Source: Malacoraja senta
Lineage: Eukaryota
DNA length: 64,000 nucleotides
Assembly (NCBI GenBank): GCA_038087875.1
Contig: CM075982.1
Location: 42,346,001 to 42,410,000 of the forward strand
Direction: 5' to 3'
Part shown: in pieces, positions 12,408 to 25,700 of the stretch
How positions within the stretch are numbered: the first letter of the stretch is position 1
Layout: the number at the start of each line of letters is the position of its first letter
Position numbers and translations under genes: made by a program
Notes under the pieces: model-generated
Told to the model about the DNA's origin: nothing
What the model saw: only the letters and a program-made list of their open reading frames with translations
The model's database searches: none

Positions 12408-13674
12408 CAGTGCCCTCCATAATGTTTGGGACAAAGACCCGTCATTTATATATTTGCCAATGTACTCCACAATTTGAAATTTGTAATAGAAAAAAAATCA
12501 CATGTGGTTAAAGTGCACATTGTCAGATTTTATTAAAGGGTATTTTTATACATTTTGGTTTCACCTGTTTACACATGGTCCCAACATTTCAGGGGACCAT
12601 AATGTTTGTGACACATGGCTTCACAGGCATTTGTAATTGCTCAGGTGTGTTTTATTGCCTCCTTAATGCAGATATAAGAGAGCTCTCAGCACCTAGTCTT
12701 TCCATCACCGTTGGAAACTTATTGTTGTTTATCAACATGAGGACCAAAGTTGTGCCAATGAAAGTCAAAGAAGCCATTATGAGACTGTGGTTACAGTTTG
12801 CCAAGAAATACTTAAAAGAGCAACTTAGGAAAAAAGGCCTTGTGGACAGATGAGACGAAGATATATCAGTGATATATATCAGTGATGGTAAGAGTAAAGT
12901 ATGGAGGCGAAAAGGAACTGCCACAGATCCAAAGCATACCACCTCATCTGTGAAACACGGTGGTGGGGGTGTTATGGCCTGATCATGTATGGCTGCTGAA
13001 GGTACTGGCTCACTTATCTTCATTGATGACACAACTACAGATGGTAATAGCATAATGAATTCTGAACTGTATAGACACATCCTATCTGCTCAAGTTCAAA
13101 CAAATGCCTCAAAACTCATTGGCCAGCGGTTCATTCTATAGCAAGACAATGATCCCAAACATACTGCTAAAGCAACAAAGGAGTTTTTCAAAGCTAAAAA
13201 ATGGTCAATTCTTGATTGGCCAAGTCAATCACCCAATCTGAACCCAATTGAAGAGAAAACTGAAGGGGACTATCCCCCAAAACAAGCATAAGCTAAAGAT
13301 GGCTGCAATACAGGCCTGGCAAAGCATCACCAGAGAAGACACCCAGGAACTGGTGATGTCCATGAATTGCAGACTTCAAGCAGTCATTGCATGCAAAGGA
13401 TATGCAACAAAATACTAAAATGACTACTTTCATTTACAAGGCATTGCTGTGTCTCAAAGATTATGGTGCCCTGAAATGGGGGGGAACTATGTATAAACAC
13501 CGCTGTGATTTCTACATGGTGAAACCAAAATGTATAAAATTAGCCTTTATTAAAATGTGACAATGTGCACTTTAAGCACATAAGATTATTTTCTATTACA
13601 AATCTCAAATTGTGGAGTACAGAGGCAAATAAATAAATGACGGGTCTTTGTCCCAAACATTATGGAGGGCACTG
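12408..13674 (+). mobile_element. Tc1/mariner IR/DR-type element, internally deleted
   Basis: ~200-bp TIRs CAGTGCCCTCCATAATGTTTGGGACA... with inner direct repeats (~12590-12615, ~13448-13473); right flank TA; transposase remnants; same family as 5367-7657. Confidence 0.95.
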
Positions 13675-16650
13675 TATCTTTCCCTCTTTTGCTTAAGACA
13701 ACAGCATCCTCAACATTTTTTAAAAACACACTGGCTCCAATTGCTCTCGTTTACCAATCGCTATCTTCATTGAATGATCACCAAGACTTGGAAAATCCCA
13801 ATCCATCTGGGATATACAAATTGGGCAAAATCAAATCATAAAATTCCCCTCTACTATTTGAAAATGGCACCTAGGTGTTAGCAGTAGCAATACAAACTCA
13901 CTTGTTATTAACATCACACAGCACAATTTTAATATCATTATTTCAGGTCAAATCCACAGGACTTTTTTTTTTCCTTTCTAAACTGGTTGTGTAGTAACCT
14001 GTGACATCCTTAAAAGAAATAAGACACCAACAAAAACATGTTCTTTATATCAGATTTATACATTTGTAACCAGACTGTAAAACTTTATCTGTGGCAATAA
14101 CCGATAACCATATCTGGGTACATAATCATTTTTGTATATTCAAGGGAAAAACCTTCCTTCACTATTCAAGTGCTTCTAAGGTTTAATTCCCGAGTTCAGA
14201 AGCATTATAACAAATCCTTGCTTGGGGTTGGAACAGTTTTTGTGACTTGTCTGTGTAAATAGCTACCAATAGAAAATTCCAGTCTCAAGTTGGCTGAGCC
14301 ATCAAGGTTATTGGACGAAGGATTCAGCTCATCCAAGGAGGGGACCTCTATCAGGCTCTGATTAATTCAAGGAATGTAATATAAAATGTGGCTCAACTGA
14401 CAGTTCAGCCTTTGTTCTGGAATCTAAATTTGTTGACAATTTAGTTATAGCATCTTAGCTGAGCTTAGAGATTCAGCATGGAAGCACACCCTTTGGCCCA
14501 CCGAGTCCATGCTAATTATTGATCAACCATTCACGCTAGTTCTATGTTATCCCACTTTCTCATCCACTCTCTACACATTAGGGGACAATTACAGTGGCCT
14601 GCTTCCTCCAAAAATCTGGTAACTTAAAGAAATAATCTGCAAAAGGGATCTTAACCTCTGTGGTCAGTTGTTATTTAAACCACTGTGCTGATTTAGTAAC
14701 TAGGGGCATCGTTCAACTGTGCATTGGATTGTCTTCAGTAAAATAGGTAACTTTAACCTCTTCAGTGTATTCTCAGGTGGATTCAGAAATATCAGGGGAA
14801 CAGAGGAAGCAAAGCATCCAAGGTTCAATATCTCCAGTGAAACAAGAAATCACCAACAACAAAAAGGACATGACAGCAAAGATACAGCACATGAATGCAC
14901 AAACGTAGGGTTCATTCAGTCAGAACTCTTACAGAACCAGGGCCACGGAAAAAGCCCAGACCTTACAGACGTTTTTAACTTCAAAGTCTCTTCATTATCA
15001 TCAACCATTTCAAATCAGGGCAATCCTTTCAAAGTTAAGATGTTAAGCAAGCAAAACAAACAAACAACCAAAACAGAATAGCTACGTTCCAAGCAGCTAG
15101 AAAATGCCACTCAGGCAGAATCAGAAACTGGTCCTCTTCGATTTCACCTTACGCAGCACAAAACACCACCAATAATGAGTTGGGGGAAGACAACAAAAGA
15201 CTTTTACATAAAGGGCATGGCATAGTTACTATAAATAAAGAAAATGGACGAGACTTTTAAATTCCATTTGGATGCTGGCATGGTTGTGGAAAAGTAATGA
15301 ATTTGAAAAATATCTGCATGAGTCTTGTATCGACATTAACGGCTCCTAATCTGCATTTATTTCTTATTTATAAATCATAAAACAGTATACAGTTAATTCT
15401 GGAGCAGAACCTTTCAGAATGGTTCTTTTACAGTTGTAAAAACTACTGCTTTAGCATTTAAAAAAGCAGCCAATGGAAGTTGATGACACAAGGAACTGCA
15501 GCCGCTGGAGTGCCTCAGTGGGGCAGGCAGCATATCTGGAGGGCACGGATAGGCAACGATTTGGGTTAGGACCCTTCTTTAAACTTAATCTTAAGATTGG
15601 TCCCCACCCAAAACATTGGTGGCAAATCTGTGGAATTCATTGCCAGGGACAGCTGTGATGGCCAAGACATTGGGTATTTTTAAAGTGGAGATTAATAGGT
15701 TCTTGATTAGAAAGGGAGTCAACAGTTATGGGGAGGCAGGAGAATGGGGTTTAGAGGGAAAAATAGATCAGCCATGGAGTAGCCAATGGCAGAGTAGACT
15801 CGATGGGATGAATGGTCTAATTCCGTTCCTGTGTCTTACGATCTTATTGCCTGCTCAAGTCCTCCATTGATGCTGCCTAATCCATTGAGTTACTCCAACA
15901 CTATCTGTTGCAATCAAATGGAAGTTCATAGATATCTACACCCTTGTTATTTGAAAAAAATTACATTGAACAAACCTGGAAGGGTAGGTCAGTGGTAATA
16001 AAATCTGTACTTTATAAAAAGTTAATCCAGGTGATATAGGAATAAATTTAGAACTCAGATGTTCACATGTATGAGCAAAACACTATTCTTTAACAAAGTA
16101 ATGAAAAAAAAACAGTTTTCTGAAGAATTGCCATCGTTTGGCATTAGGAGTTTTATGAATGGCTAATTTATCAATTCAGATTACTACTGGATGGATGTCC
16201 GGGTATTTTACATTTGTTCCAATGACAAAATCTTCTGTAATTGTGCACCTTGGAAACAAGGCTGCAACAAACCCGCATGATAATGTATCATTACAGAACC
16301 CATCTCAGTCACAATAACAAGGCCAAGTTAATGATTGTTCAGTAATAAAGTCTTCTGGTGAAGAGTTTGAGGTTAACAGTAAATGGTTAATGCAAGATTC
16401 TTTAGTTGAAAATAAATACAAATTACAAATCCTGCCCTTATGCTTTGAAACATAAATTGGAAAGGTTGTTTCATGAATTTATCAGACAATCGAAAATCCC
16501 TTTCCCCTATAGTAACGACACAAACTACCACTGGGACTTCAAGGTGATCGCATGTTTCATGAATTCATTCCAAACATTTTGTTTGCTGCTGTTCCACCAG
16601 ATAATCCTTTAAACTAGAATAGGTGGTCCATTAGTGCATGCCATGCAGCA

Positions 16651-16776
16651 TTATAAAATCAAAGTCCTGGAAGTGTGTGTAGATTTGAATGCATTTAAAT
16701 ACTTCCTGGCTTTCTCGGTCATTATAAGCTGATCCTTTGTTCTTCCACACACTACCGCTTCCCAAGCACTACTTGT
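16651..16776 (-). CDS. mybl2: mybl2 exon 15 coding part ([41 protein letters not shown]), MuvB-binding domain
   Basis: Conserved B-Myb C-terminus including the DQLxM core of the LIN9/LIN52-binding helix; TAA at 16651-16653. Confidence 0.96.
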   Translation of the reverse strand, partial: TSSAWEAVVCGRTKDQLIMTEKARKYLNAFKSTHTSRTLIL

Positions 16777-19700
16777 CTGTAAACATTAAGAGGACAAACA
16801 GATTAGTGAATGCAAATAAATTCTGCTACTTCGAGAATTCAATATAATTGTATTTATTGTACCTCCAGCTACAAGTTAGCCAATGTTACATTTTGAACAA
16901 TAAACTCTGGTGAACAATGTTTGGGATTGGTCAATAAAAAACTCCTTGCATTTATGTTGTATGTACATGCTCACTAAATTATAAATCTGGTTAGTCTTGA
17001 TTGCAATGGATCTGAGGACACATTCCTTGTGGCTGAATAACGTTTCAGAAAAGACAACAGTACCAGAGTTGAAACCGGCTTTAAAAAAACAGAATCTATT
17101 TTGAATGCCCCTTTTGGAGTCATAGAGAAATATAGCATATGGCCCTTTAGCCCACCCAGTCCATGTTGATCACCAACCACCTATATACACTAATCTTATA
17201 TTCATCTAATCTAACTTTATTAGTCTAATCTAACTCATCTACACACAATTTACAGTGGCCAATAAACCTGCCAGTCATTACATCTTTGAGATGCAAGGGG
17301 AAACCAGAGGACCCGGAGGAAACCTGTGGCCACAGGGAGAAGGTGCAAATTCCACACAGACAGCACCCGAAGTCAGGATTGAACCCACATCTCCGGCACT
17401 GTGAGGCAGCAGCTTTACAAGACATGCAACCAACTTGTGCCACCATAAGAGTCCATTTAACCTATTCCGGTTGAGCCACCATATTTGTGGCCATGGTGGC
17501 GCAGCGGCAGAGTTGCTGCCTCACAGAGCTTGCAGCGCCAGAGACCCGGGTTCGATCCCGACTACAGGGGCTGTCTGTACGGAGTTTGTAGGTTCTCACC
17601 GCAACCGCGTGGGTTTTCTCCGAGATCTTCGGTTTCCTCCCACACTCCAAAGACACACAGGTATGTAGGCTAATTGGCTTGGTGTATGTGTAAATTGCTT
17701 CTAGTGTGTGTAGGATAGTGTTAATGTGTGGGGGTCGGTGCGGACTCGGTGGGCTGAAGGGCCTGTTTCCGCGCTGTATCTCTTAGTTAAATTAAACATT
17801 TAGGATGAAAAATGTAGAGAAGGGCAAATCAAAAGGCACTTATGGAGATTAAAATCCTGGAAGAAAATAATAGCAATTCAAAAGGATTATGTCAAATTAC
17901 GCACATCATACTTTAAAATGAAATTCTGGTCATCAATTTCTGCCAGTTCTTTAGAACATAACTAAAAACATACTTCCACTTAACAAAGCTACTCACCCAT
18001 TTTGGCGTTTCTTGAGTATAGTGTTTGGAAAATAAACTAGACTCTTTATTGGGTATAATAAAACCTCTGTCCAGAGTATCATCCCTTTTACTTGAAGAGT
18101 TGTTCAAAGTTCTTAATAAGATGTCTTCTGTTTCCTTCTGTGAGAAAGAAGTGCACTATCAACCTGGTGTTGGAAAAAGGTTTTCAATTTGAAAACTTTA
18201 ATTTAGCTCCCTAAATTCAACTGACCCTCGAATATCATTCTATTACAACAGTGAAGCACCAAGCTTGCACCATTTGAACCCTTCGTGCCATGCAATAAAA
18301 TCATCATTAACTTTCTGCCACAACTCCATCTTCGCAAGTTCTGGAAGTCAAGGGATAATAATGTCCAAAAATCCATCAGTAGGTCTTAAATCTTACCAAT
18401 GTTCACCTGTCATTTTTCTGCAGTTTGGTGAAAATAAGACTAGTTCTTCACAATAGACGACAACATTAACTAAGGAATCAGTTAAAAGAACCTTCACTAT
18501 ACTTCCTCGCCAAAGCAAACATATCCATCCTTAGGCATCTTAAACTTTAGTCACGTTATGATCCTAGGAACCAAAAACTGATTTTACAAGGTTATTAATT
18601 ATTGCAAGCTTTTTTTGTATTTAGATCTTTTTTCATGTCCTTTAACTCCGACTATCCCTTGTTGTTACAAATACCCCATAACCAGACATGGACATCACCA
18701 ATAATGAACTGAAAAGATAAGACTCAACTACGTGGGTTGCCCATTGTTCTGCTATCTCCATATCCAGAGGACTTCCAAATCCCAAGTCATTTTTGCTTTC
18801 TGGTCTTGTCCTTTCACAAACTCTATTTTAAAAACCTGCTACAGCCCTAATTATTTGGGGTTTTCCAAGATCCTAGTCCCGGCCCACAGTGGAGCCAGTC
18901 CCACCAGAAAAGTTATTTATTCCTGGTGTTCATCCCAGAAATGTAAAACCCATATCCAATATACACGATAATAAGAAAGGCTTGCTAAAAATCTCTGATT
19001 GGACCAAGGGCAGATACTTAGAGAAAAGCTTGCAAGAGATTCTGTGATGAATAGTGGAACTCAGTGTAGAAGATTTTCATTCCGTTTCTTTCATACACCC
19101 CCCCAAAAAAGGAATAACCATCCACCCTCTTTTATTCCAACATAATATTAAATCAGTGGTCTGATTAAATTCCTTCTCTGTTGACAGCCAACTGGCCAAA
19201 CATCAAAACTCCTTTGTACTCTGTTCTCAAATTCTAACTGTTATGCAACTGCTTAGAAGAGGACGAAACTAGCACAAGAAACAATTACTTTGTCCAGTTA
19301 TGTCGGGAGGATTACATCAAACAGATAATTCTTGCAGTCACAAAATGTATACAAATTCAAAAATGTCACAAATTGAGTTGAATAGAATTATGCCAGAACT
19401 ACATCTTGTGCATGTTACCTGTGTGCACATATTGCTCGGTGTGGTTTGATTCGCATTATTTCCATCCTTTTCCAAAATGTCCAAAGCAAGAGACTTTCGC
19501 ACCTTCTTCATGAGCGGCCTGCGTAGCTATACAATGAACAGTGATCTCTAGTGAAGTTTCATAAAGGTAGGTTGCCACACGGGATTTTAAATCAATCACA
19601 CAACATTGCACAAATTAAACTGAGCCCCTATTATCCTAGAATATAGATCCAATATTTCATCATTTATATGTCCAAGTACAATTTTAAAAAGCCCATTTAA

Positions 19701-22700
19701 AAAGCATTGACTCAGATGGTATCTGACCTGCTGGGCACATTTAGCATTTTTTTAAATATAAAAGGCAGAGGCTAGAAGTACTGAGCCAATCCTTTGAGGA
19801 GACTTTTCAGAGAAAATTCCTAGAATGACTTCATTTTTCTTCTACTGATAAACCAAAAAATAACACACATAATGGCTTTCAGAAGACATTAAATTTAATA
19901 TAAATACATTTCTGATGCCTCACCACAAATGCTGAATTGAGTCCTAAAGTTTTCCAAAATAGGATATTTTGTTCATCTCACTTATTTACTCAATTGACAA
20001 CCATGTAGCAGAATAAGGAAGGAGTTTCCTCAACTTGGTAACTCCTCATCATGAAGTGTTGTTCCAAAATATAAGAAAAGCAAAATGATCTTATGATATT
20101 AGTGCCATTTATCAAAAGGGAACTTTATAAAGCAAATTTGTCATATTGAAAAATAGTAAACTCCTCATACAGGCAATTCTATAATAATAAAAAATAGATG
20201 AACACCAGTTAAATGTTAACATATCTAAGAATCCAATTAAAATGTACACTGATAAACAGTGCAATTAAATTGAAACAAAATGAGGCAAGCAATGTCCAAT
20301 AACTAAATGTAAATACTAACCCCATGCTGTTTTCGTTTTATGAACTGGGCTTCATCTTCGTGCAACATGCTCTTCAAACTCTCTTTTAAAACCTCCTCAA
20401 AATGAGGTGCTGGATGCTAAATTAATGTCAGGAGAGAGATGGATAAAAACTTACAATCTGTCATGAGCATTTAGGCAACTAGAGACTTATTTCCCCCCAA
20501 ATTAAATGATACCTACATGACTCTTTACTACTCCAAACTTGTCCAGTCCACTTTTGAACGGTGTAGGTGTTCTTGGAGTACTATCCAAAAGAGATCGGCG
20601 ACTTCTGGGTGTTCGAAATCTATTAAAAAGTGGCAGTAATAATACACAATTTTCATATTCCCACAACTACAAGAATTGTGTAGGAAGGAACGGCAGATGC
20701 TGGTTTGAACCAAAGATAGACACAAAAAGCTGGAGTAACTCAGCGAGCCAGGCAGCATCTCTGGAGAGAAGCAATGGGTGACGTTTTGGGTCGAGACTGA
20801 AGAAGGGTCTCGACCCGAAACGTCACCCATTCCTTCTCTCCAGAGAAGCTGCCTATCCCGCTGAGTTACTCCAGCTTTTTGTATCTAATTGAGATCTATT
20901 CCCTGATTAGAGCACCTCAGAAACGTTTTGACAACCAGTATTTCCTCCTTAGTAAGTTCACCAAAATTGAACAGATACAGCATGTTTCAAGAGGAAAAAA
21001 AACCTGTTGTGAGTAACTCAGCGGGTCAAGCAGCATCTCTGGCGGGAATGGATAGACGGTGTTTTGGGTCGAGACGCTTCTTCAGACTGATTGTACTAGG
21101 GGGAGAAAGTTGGAAAAGAGAGATGGCAGCTGGACAAAACTTGGCAGTGAAAGGTGGATACAGGTGGGGGTGAATGGTAGATGGGGGAAGCAAGTGACAA
21201 AGGCTAGAGGTAAATGGAGACAAAAGGAGACCATACTGGACTGCAGGAGTTGCAAGAGTTGATCTTTGTTGCCAAAATAAAATGAAATAAGGTAATTAAA
21301 TGAACTGCATGAACACGTGCTGGATACTTCTTAATAAATAATGAATTGGTTAATTTATTTTACCTCATTATCGTAGCGCAAAACAAAAAGAGCTGACAAC
21401 TAGTTTGGTTACTTACACTGAGTTCTCCTTCTGAACTTTGGGTGTATAGTCTCGTTGAAGTGGGGCTGTAACAAGGATTTTCTGGCTACACACTGGTGTA
21501 GAAGTAAGAGATGGGTTCTCTATATCAAGAGTGTCTTGTTTGGTCCAGAAGTTCAAAAACTATAAAATAAACATTTTGTTTTATTCAACTAAATACTCAT
21601 GCCTGAACTGCATGCACAAGACATTAAAAGGTATATTTATTGAAAGTAAATGAACTAAGATCCAGAATACAAAATTAAAATTATAAATTTCATCTTCCTC
21701 CAACCATAGTGGTTACTATCGTGGACAAACTGATCAGCACCCCCAATTGCTCACCTGTAAGTAACTCCACTGAAGCACTGATAGACACAAGGTGCTGGAG
21801 TAACCAAGCAGGACAGGCAGCTGAAGAAGGGTCTCAACCCAAAACGTCACCCATTCCTTCTCTCCAGAGATGCTGCCTGTCCCGCTGAGTTACTCCAGCA
21901 TCTTGTGCCTATCTTCAATTTAAATTAGCATCTGCAGTTCTTTCCTCCACTGCACCACAGAAAATGAAAACTAAACACTGCGAGTCTAATTGAAGATGTC
22001 AGGGAGGGAGAGCCGTGCACTGAAGTGAGGAAACTTTCTCAGCTCATTCCAATTTTTTTTTTAAAGGTAGGTTTTGAAGGGTGTCTAGCTTTCAGCTTGC
22101 TTCATTTTATGAATAGAACCTAAAGATATTTGTTGACAGGAAATTGCCGGCAAATGGGGCTATCTTAGAAGCGGCATCTTGGTTGGCAAGGACCAGTTGG
22201 GCTGAAGGGCCTGCTTCTGTGTTGTAAGACTCTCAGTTATTGAAAAGGTGTGATAAAGCTAAAACCTCAAAGACCAGAGGACATAGCTTTACGGTGAGAG
22301 AGGCAAAGTTTAAAGGCAAGTTCGTGTTTCAAGAGGTAGTGGAAAGCAGGGGTGGTGGAGGAGGCAGATATGACAGTGATGTTTTTAGATGGGCAGATGA
22401 GATATGCTGGGAATTGAGAGGTATGGATCATGTGTAGGCAAATGAGATTGGTTTATCTTGGCATTATGTTCGGCACACATTGTGAGTTGAAGGGAGTGTT
22501 CCTATGCTGTGGTTTTCTACTTTCTATGTAGAACAAAACATCAAAATATGACTATCATATTTTTAGTAAATAAAACAGGCAAGATAAATCAGGTCTCCAT
22601 CGTGGATTCTAGTACTAGTTATTATTAATCGATTTAGCCAAATGGACCATGCTTTTCTGTTCACTCACGCGACAGGCTGGATTGCGTTCAATCCCTGGTA

Positions 22701-25700
22701 TCCACTAATTTGCTGTCAGGTGATGACTCGCAAGGTTGTCTAAATTCAATCTCTTATTCCTCCCACCCCAAAAACAAAATATCTACAAACATGTAGACAT
22801 TGAAGAACCAATCATAATTAGCATAAATACGATTTGCTTCCAGACTGTTGTACACTGCAAAGATAAGAGTGTTTTTTTTGTTTAAACAGCTGCACTTTGT
22901 GATTCAATGCAGGTAGTTTGTAATCTAATATCAGTTCAGTGATACTTTATTGTCACGTACTTAGGTACAGTGAAATTCTTTGTTTTTGCATTCAATCCGG
23001 TAAAATCATAGAGCAGACCTCACCTAGAGAGTACACAAAGTATCACCATGTTTCATCTTGGATATTTAAATGTTTTAACTGTTAATTAATGAGTGTTCAT
23101 TTTTATGCTTATAGTGGTGCCTGTATTCTTTATATATAGCAGCGCGAGGCCTGTGTTCCCACTCCTCATGTTTAATGGAGGGCACACTGGACCTCGCCTG
23201 TGCCTTATAGCCACTGTTCCCCCTCTGCTCGAACTGCAGTCGCTTTAACCTGTGGCACCTACGATGACCCCCAATGTCTCTGAAGCAGTGACAACTATGA
23301 GCAGTGACACGTTTCAGGCAGAGCAAATTTATGCCATCAAAAGGCTTTTTGATTGCTTCCAAAGACCCATTCAGTCAATAAAAAGTGTCAATAATTATTA
23401 ATAATTCACATGTAGTAATATTAATGTCTTAATACACTTAATTAAAATGTTTTAAAACAATCTTTACATGGTGACGCGGCGGTAGAGATGCTGTCTTACA
23501 GCGCCAGAGACCCGTGTTCGATCCTGACTATGGGTGCTATCTGTATGGAGTTTATACGTTCTCCCCGTGACCTGCGTGGGTTTTCTCCGGGATCTCCAGT
23601 TTCCTCCCACACTCCATACAGGTTTGTAGGTTAATTAGCTTGGTAAAATTGTAAATTGTCTCTAGTGTGTAGGATAATGTTAGTGCGGTCGGTTCAGACT
23701 TGTTTCCACGCTGTATCTCTAAACTAAACTAAACATGAACAAGAAATGGGATTAATGTGTCAATATGGCTGATGTAAATTATAGGGGATAAATATGAAGG
23801 ACATATTGCCTCTCAATTCAGGTCACTGTGGAATGTTGGATTCATTGGCTAATCCAGAAAGAGTAGGAGGTAAGCCAAATTCACATCTTCAGTACAGAAT
23901 AAACCACTGATGGAACTTAGCAGCTGAAACTAGGTGGAGGCAAAGAGATGGTCGACGTTTTGGGTCAAGACCATGCATCAGGACTGAGAATGAAGAGAGA
24001 AGATGCTGCTGCTTGAGCTTCCGAATGTTTCCACAATTTTATCATTTGCTCCAGATTCCAGCATCTGCATTCTTTGATTTCTCATCTGTTGCATGTCCCT
24101 GCACATTCCAAGAAGCCAACTGCTGGCTCTCACTGAGCCCACCAGATAGCTATCTGCTGGAAATAGCCCATTTTGCTTTGACTGCTGTATAATTGCAATA
24201 TTACCTGTGATGGTGAGAAAGGCAAGGTCTTCACTGGAGTACTTTTTGGAGTCCTGCTGCTGCTGCTGCTGGTGCTGCTTTCAATGATCGTGAAGCTATT
24301 GCTAGAATTGCTTTCAGTAACCGGCGAAAGGGTAATCTTTGTTTTTCTCTTCCGCCGCAGGATAGTTGGAGGGGTGCTGAAATTACCCGCAACTGGGGAG
24401 GTGATCATGGGGATGAGTTCACCCTTCTTTGCTCCTTTGCTCAGGTCAGAGATGGTACCCGCATCAATGCGATATTCTGTCAAAGACGGCTGGGTGGTCT
24501 CCGCAGGCGTCTGCTTGACGAGATCTTCCGGAAAATCGAAGCAAGATAAATCAGACCATGCATCTGGATCCTTTGATATGAAGAAGAGATATGAATTAGA
24601 TATTTTCTCCAACATGCTTAAAAATTAAAAAGTTGAGTAAACCAAGCAAACCCATCAAAAGCATTCTTTCATCCTTCTTATTTTTAGTTTAGAGATACAG
24701 TGTTGAAACAGGCACTTCGGCCCACCAGTGATTACCCATACACTAGCTCTATCCAACAGATTATACACAATTTACAGAAGCCAATTAATCTACAAACCTA
24801 CACATCTTTGGTGTATGGGAGGAAACCGGAACACCACGGACAAAAGCCATGCAGTCACAGGGAGAAAGTACAAACTGCGTTCGGACAATGCCCGTAGTCA
24901 GGATCGAACCCCGAGTCTCAAGCTCTTTAAGACAACAATTCTACTGCTGCGCCAATGCACTCGAGAATTGGAAGCTCAGGATGGGTGTCCATTATGCTTA
25001 GACCTGGATGGCAAAGTCTATTTGAGCCCAAAGACAGTTCATAATGTACTGCCTCCTCGTCCCATGCAGAGATGTCAATCATTTATTTATTTGTATAAAT
25101 AAGTTACTGGAATATTTAAACATTGGCATATTAATATTTCAAGTTCAAAATTATCAAGCAGTTGTTCATTTATTTCTTCAAAAATAACTATAACATTGTC
25201 AATGGATTTTTTAGTAGCTACATGGCAAAATTGAGTTCGAGTCCATTGATATAATTTGGCACCTATTTCAGCCAAACAGCAACAAGGACATTGAAAAATA
25301 TGGGATTCATGCCAGTATTTGAAAAAAAGGTAATATGGTTAATGAAATAACCAGCAAACAGGCATATATATTTCCAACTCAAATGCATTAACAAGTTTAG
25401 AATATTTTACTTAACAATTTCATTAGTAGTGGGTAGAATATATTTCCAGTTTAATTTTTGCAAAGCAAATTACAATATCTGCTGCATATCCTCTTCCACT
25501 CGGTCACAGCTGGAAGTCTCCAGATCCCTATCCTCAGCTAAAAAACCTTTATACTAATTATACTGCCAGAACATGTCCACCATTGAACTTCATTTAAATG
25601 CAAAGGAATGGTGGAAAGTGTTCATGGAAAACAAGTACTGCCAAATGACTGAGCCCAGGTAATGCCGAATTTCATCACCACCAAGGTGCTGACTAGATGT

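Noticed and set aside
13900-16650. mybl2 3'UTR end and polyadenylation site
   Set aside because: Candidate signals (AATAAA at 15356-15361 and ATTAAA near 13928-13933, minus strand) cannot be distinguished without transcript data.
17490-17570. tRNA-like sequence
   Set aside because: It is the head of a V-SINE, not a tRNA gene; the same applies to the other SINE copies.
24272-24628. Plus-strand 118-aa ORF (and likewise 26189..26551)
   Set aside because: Antisense shadows of mybl2 exons 9 and 8.
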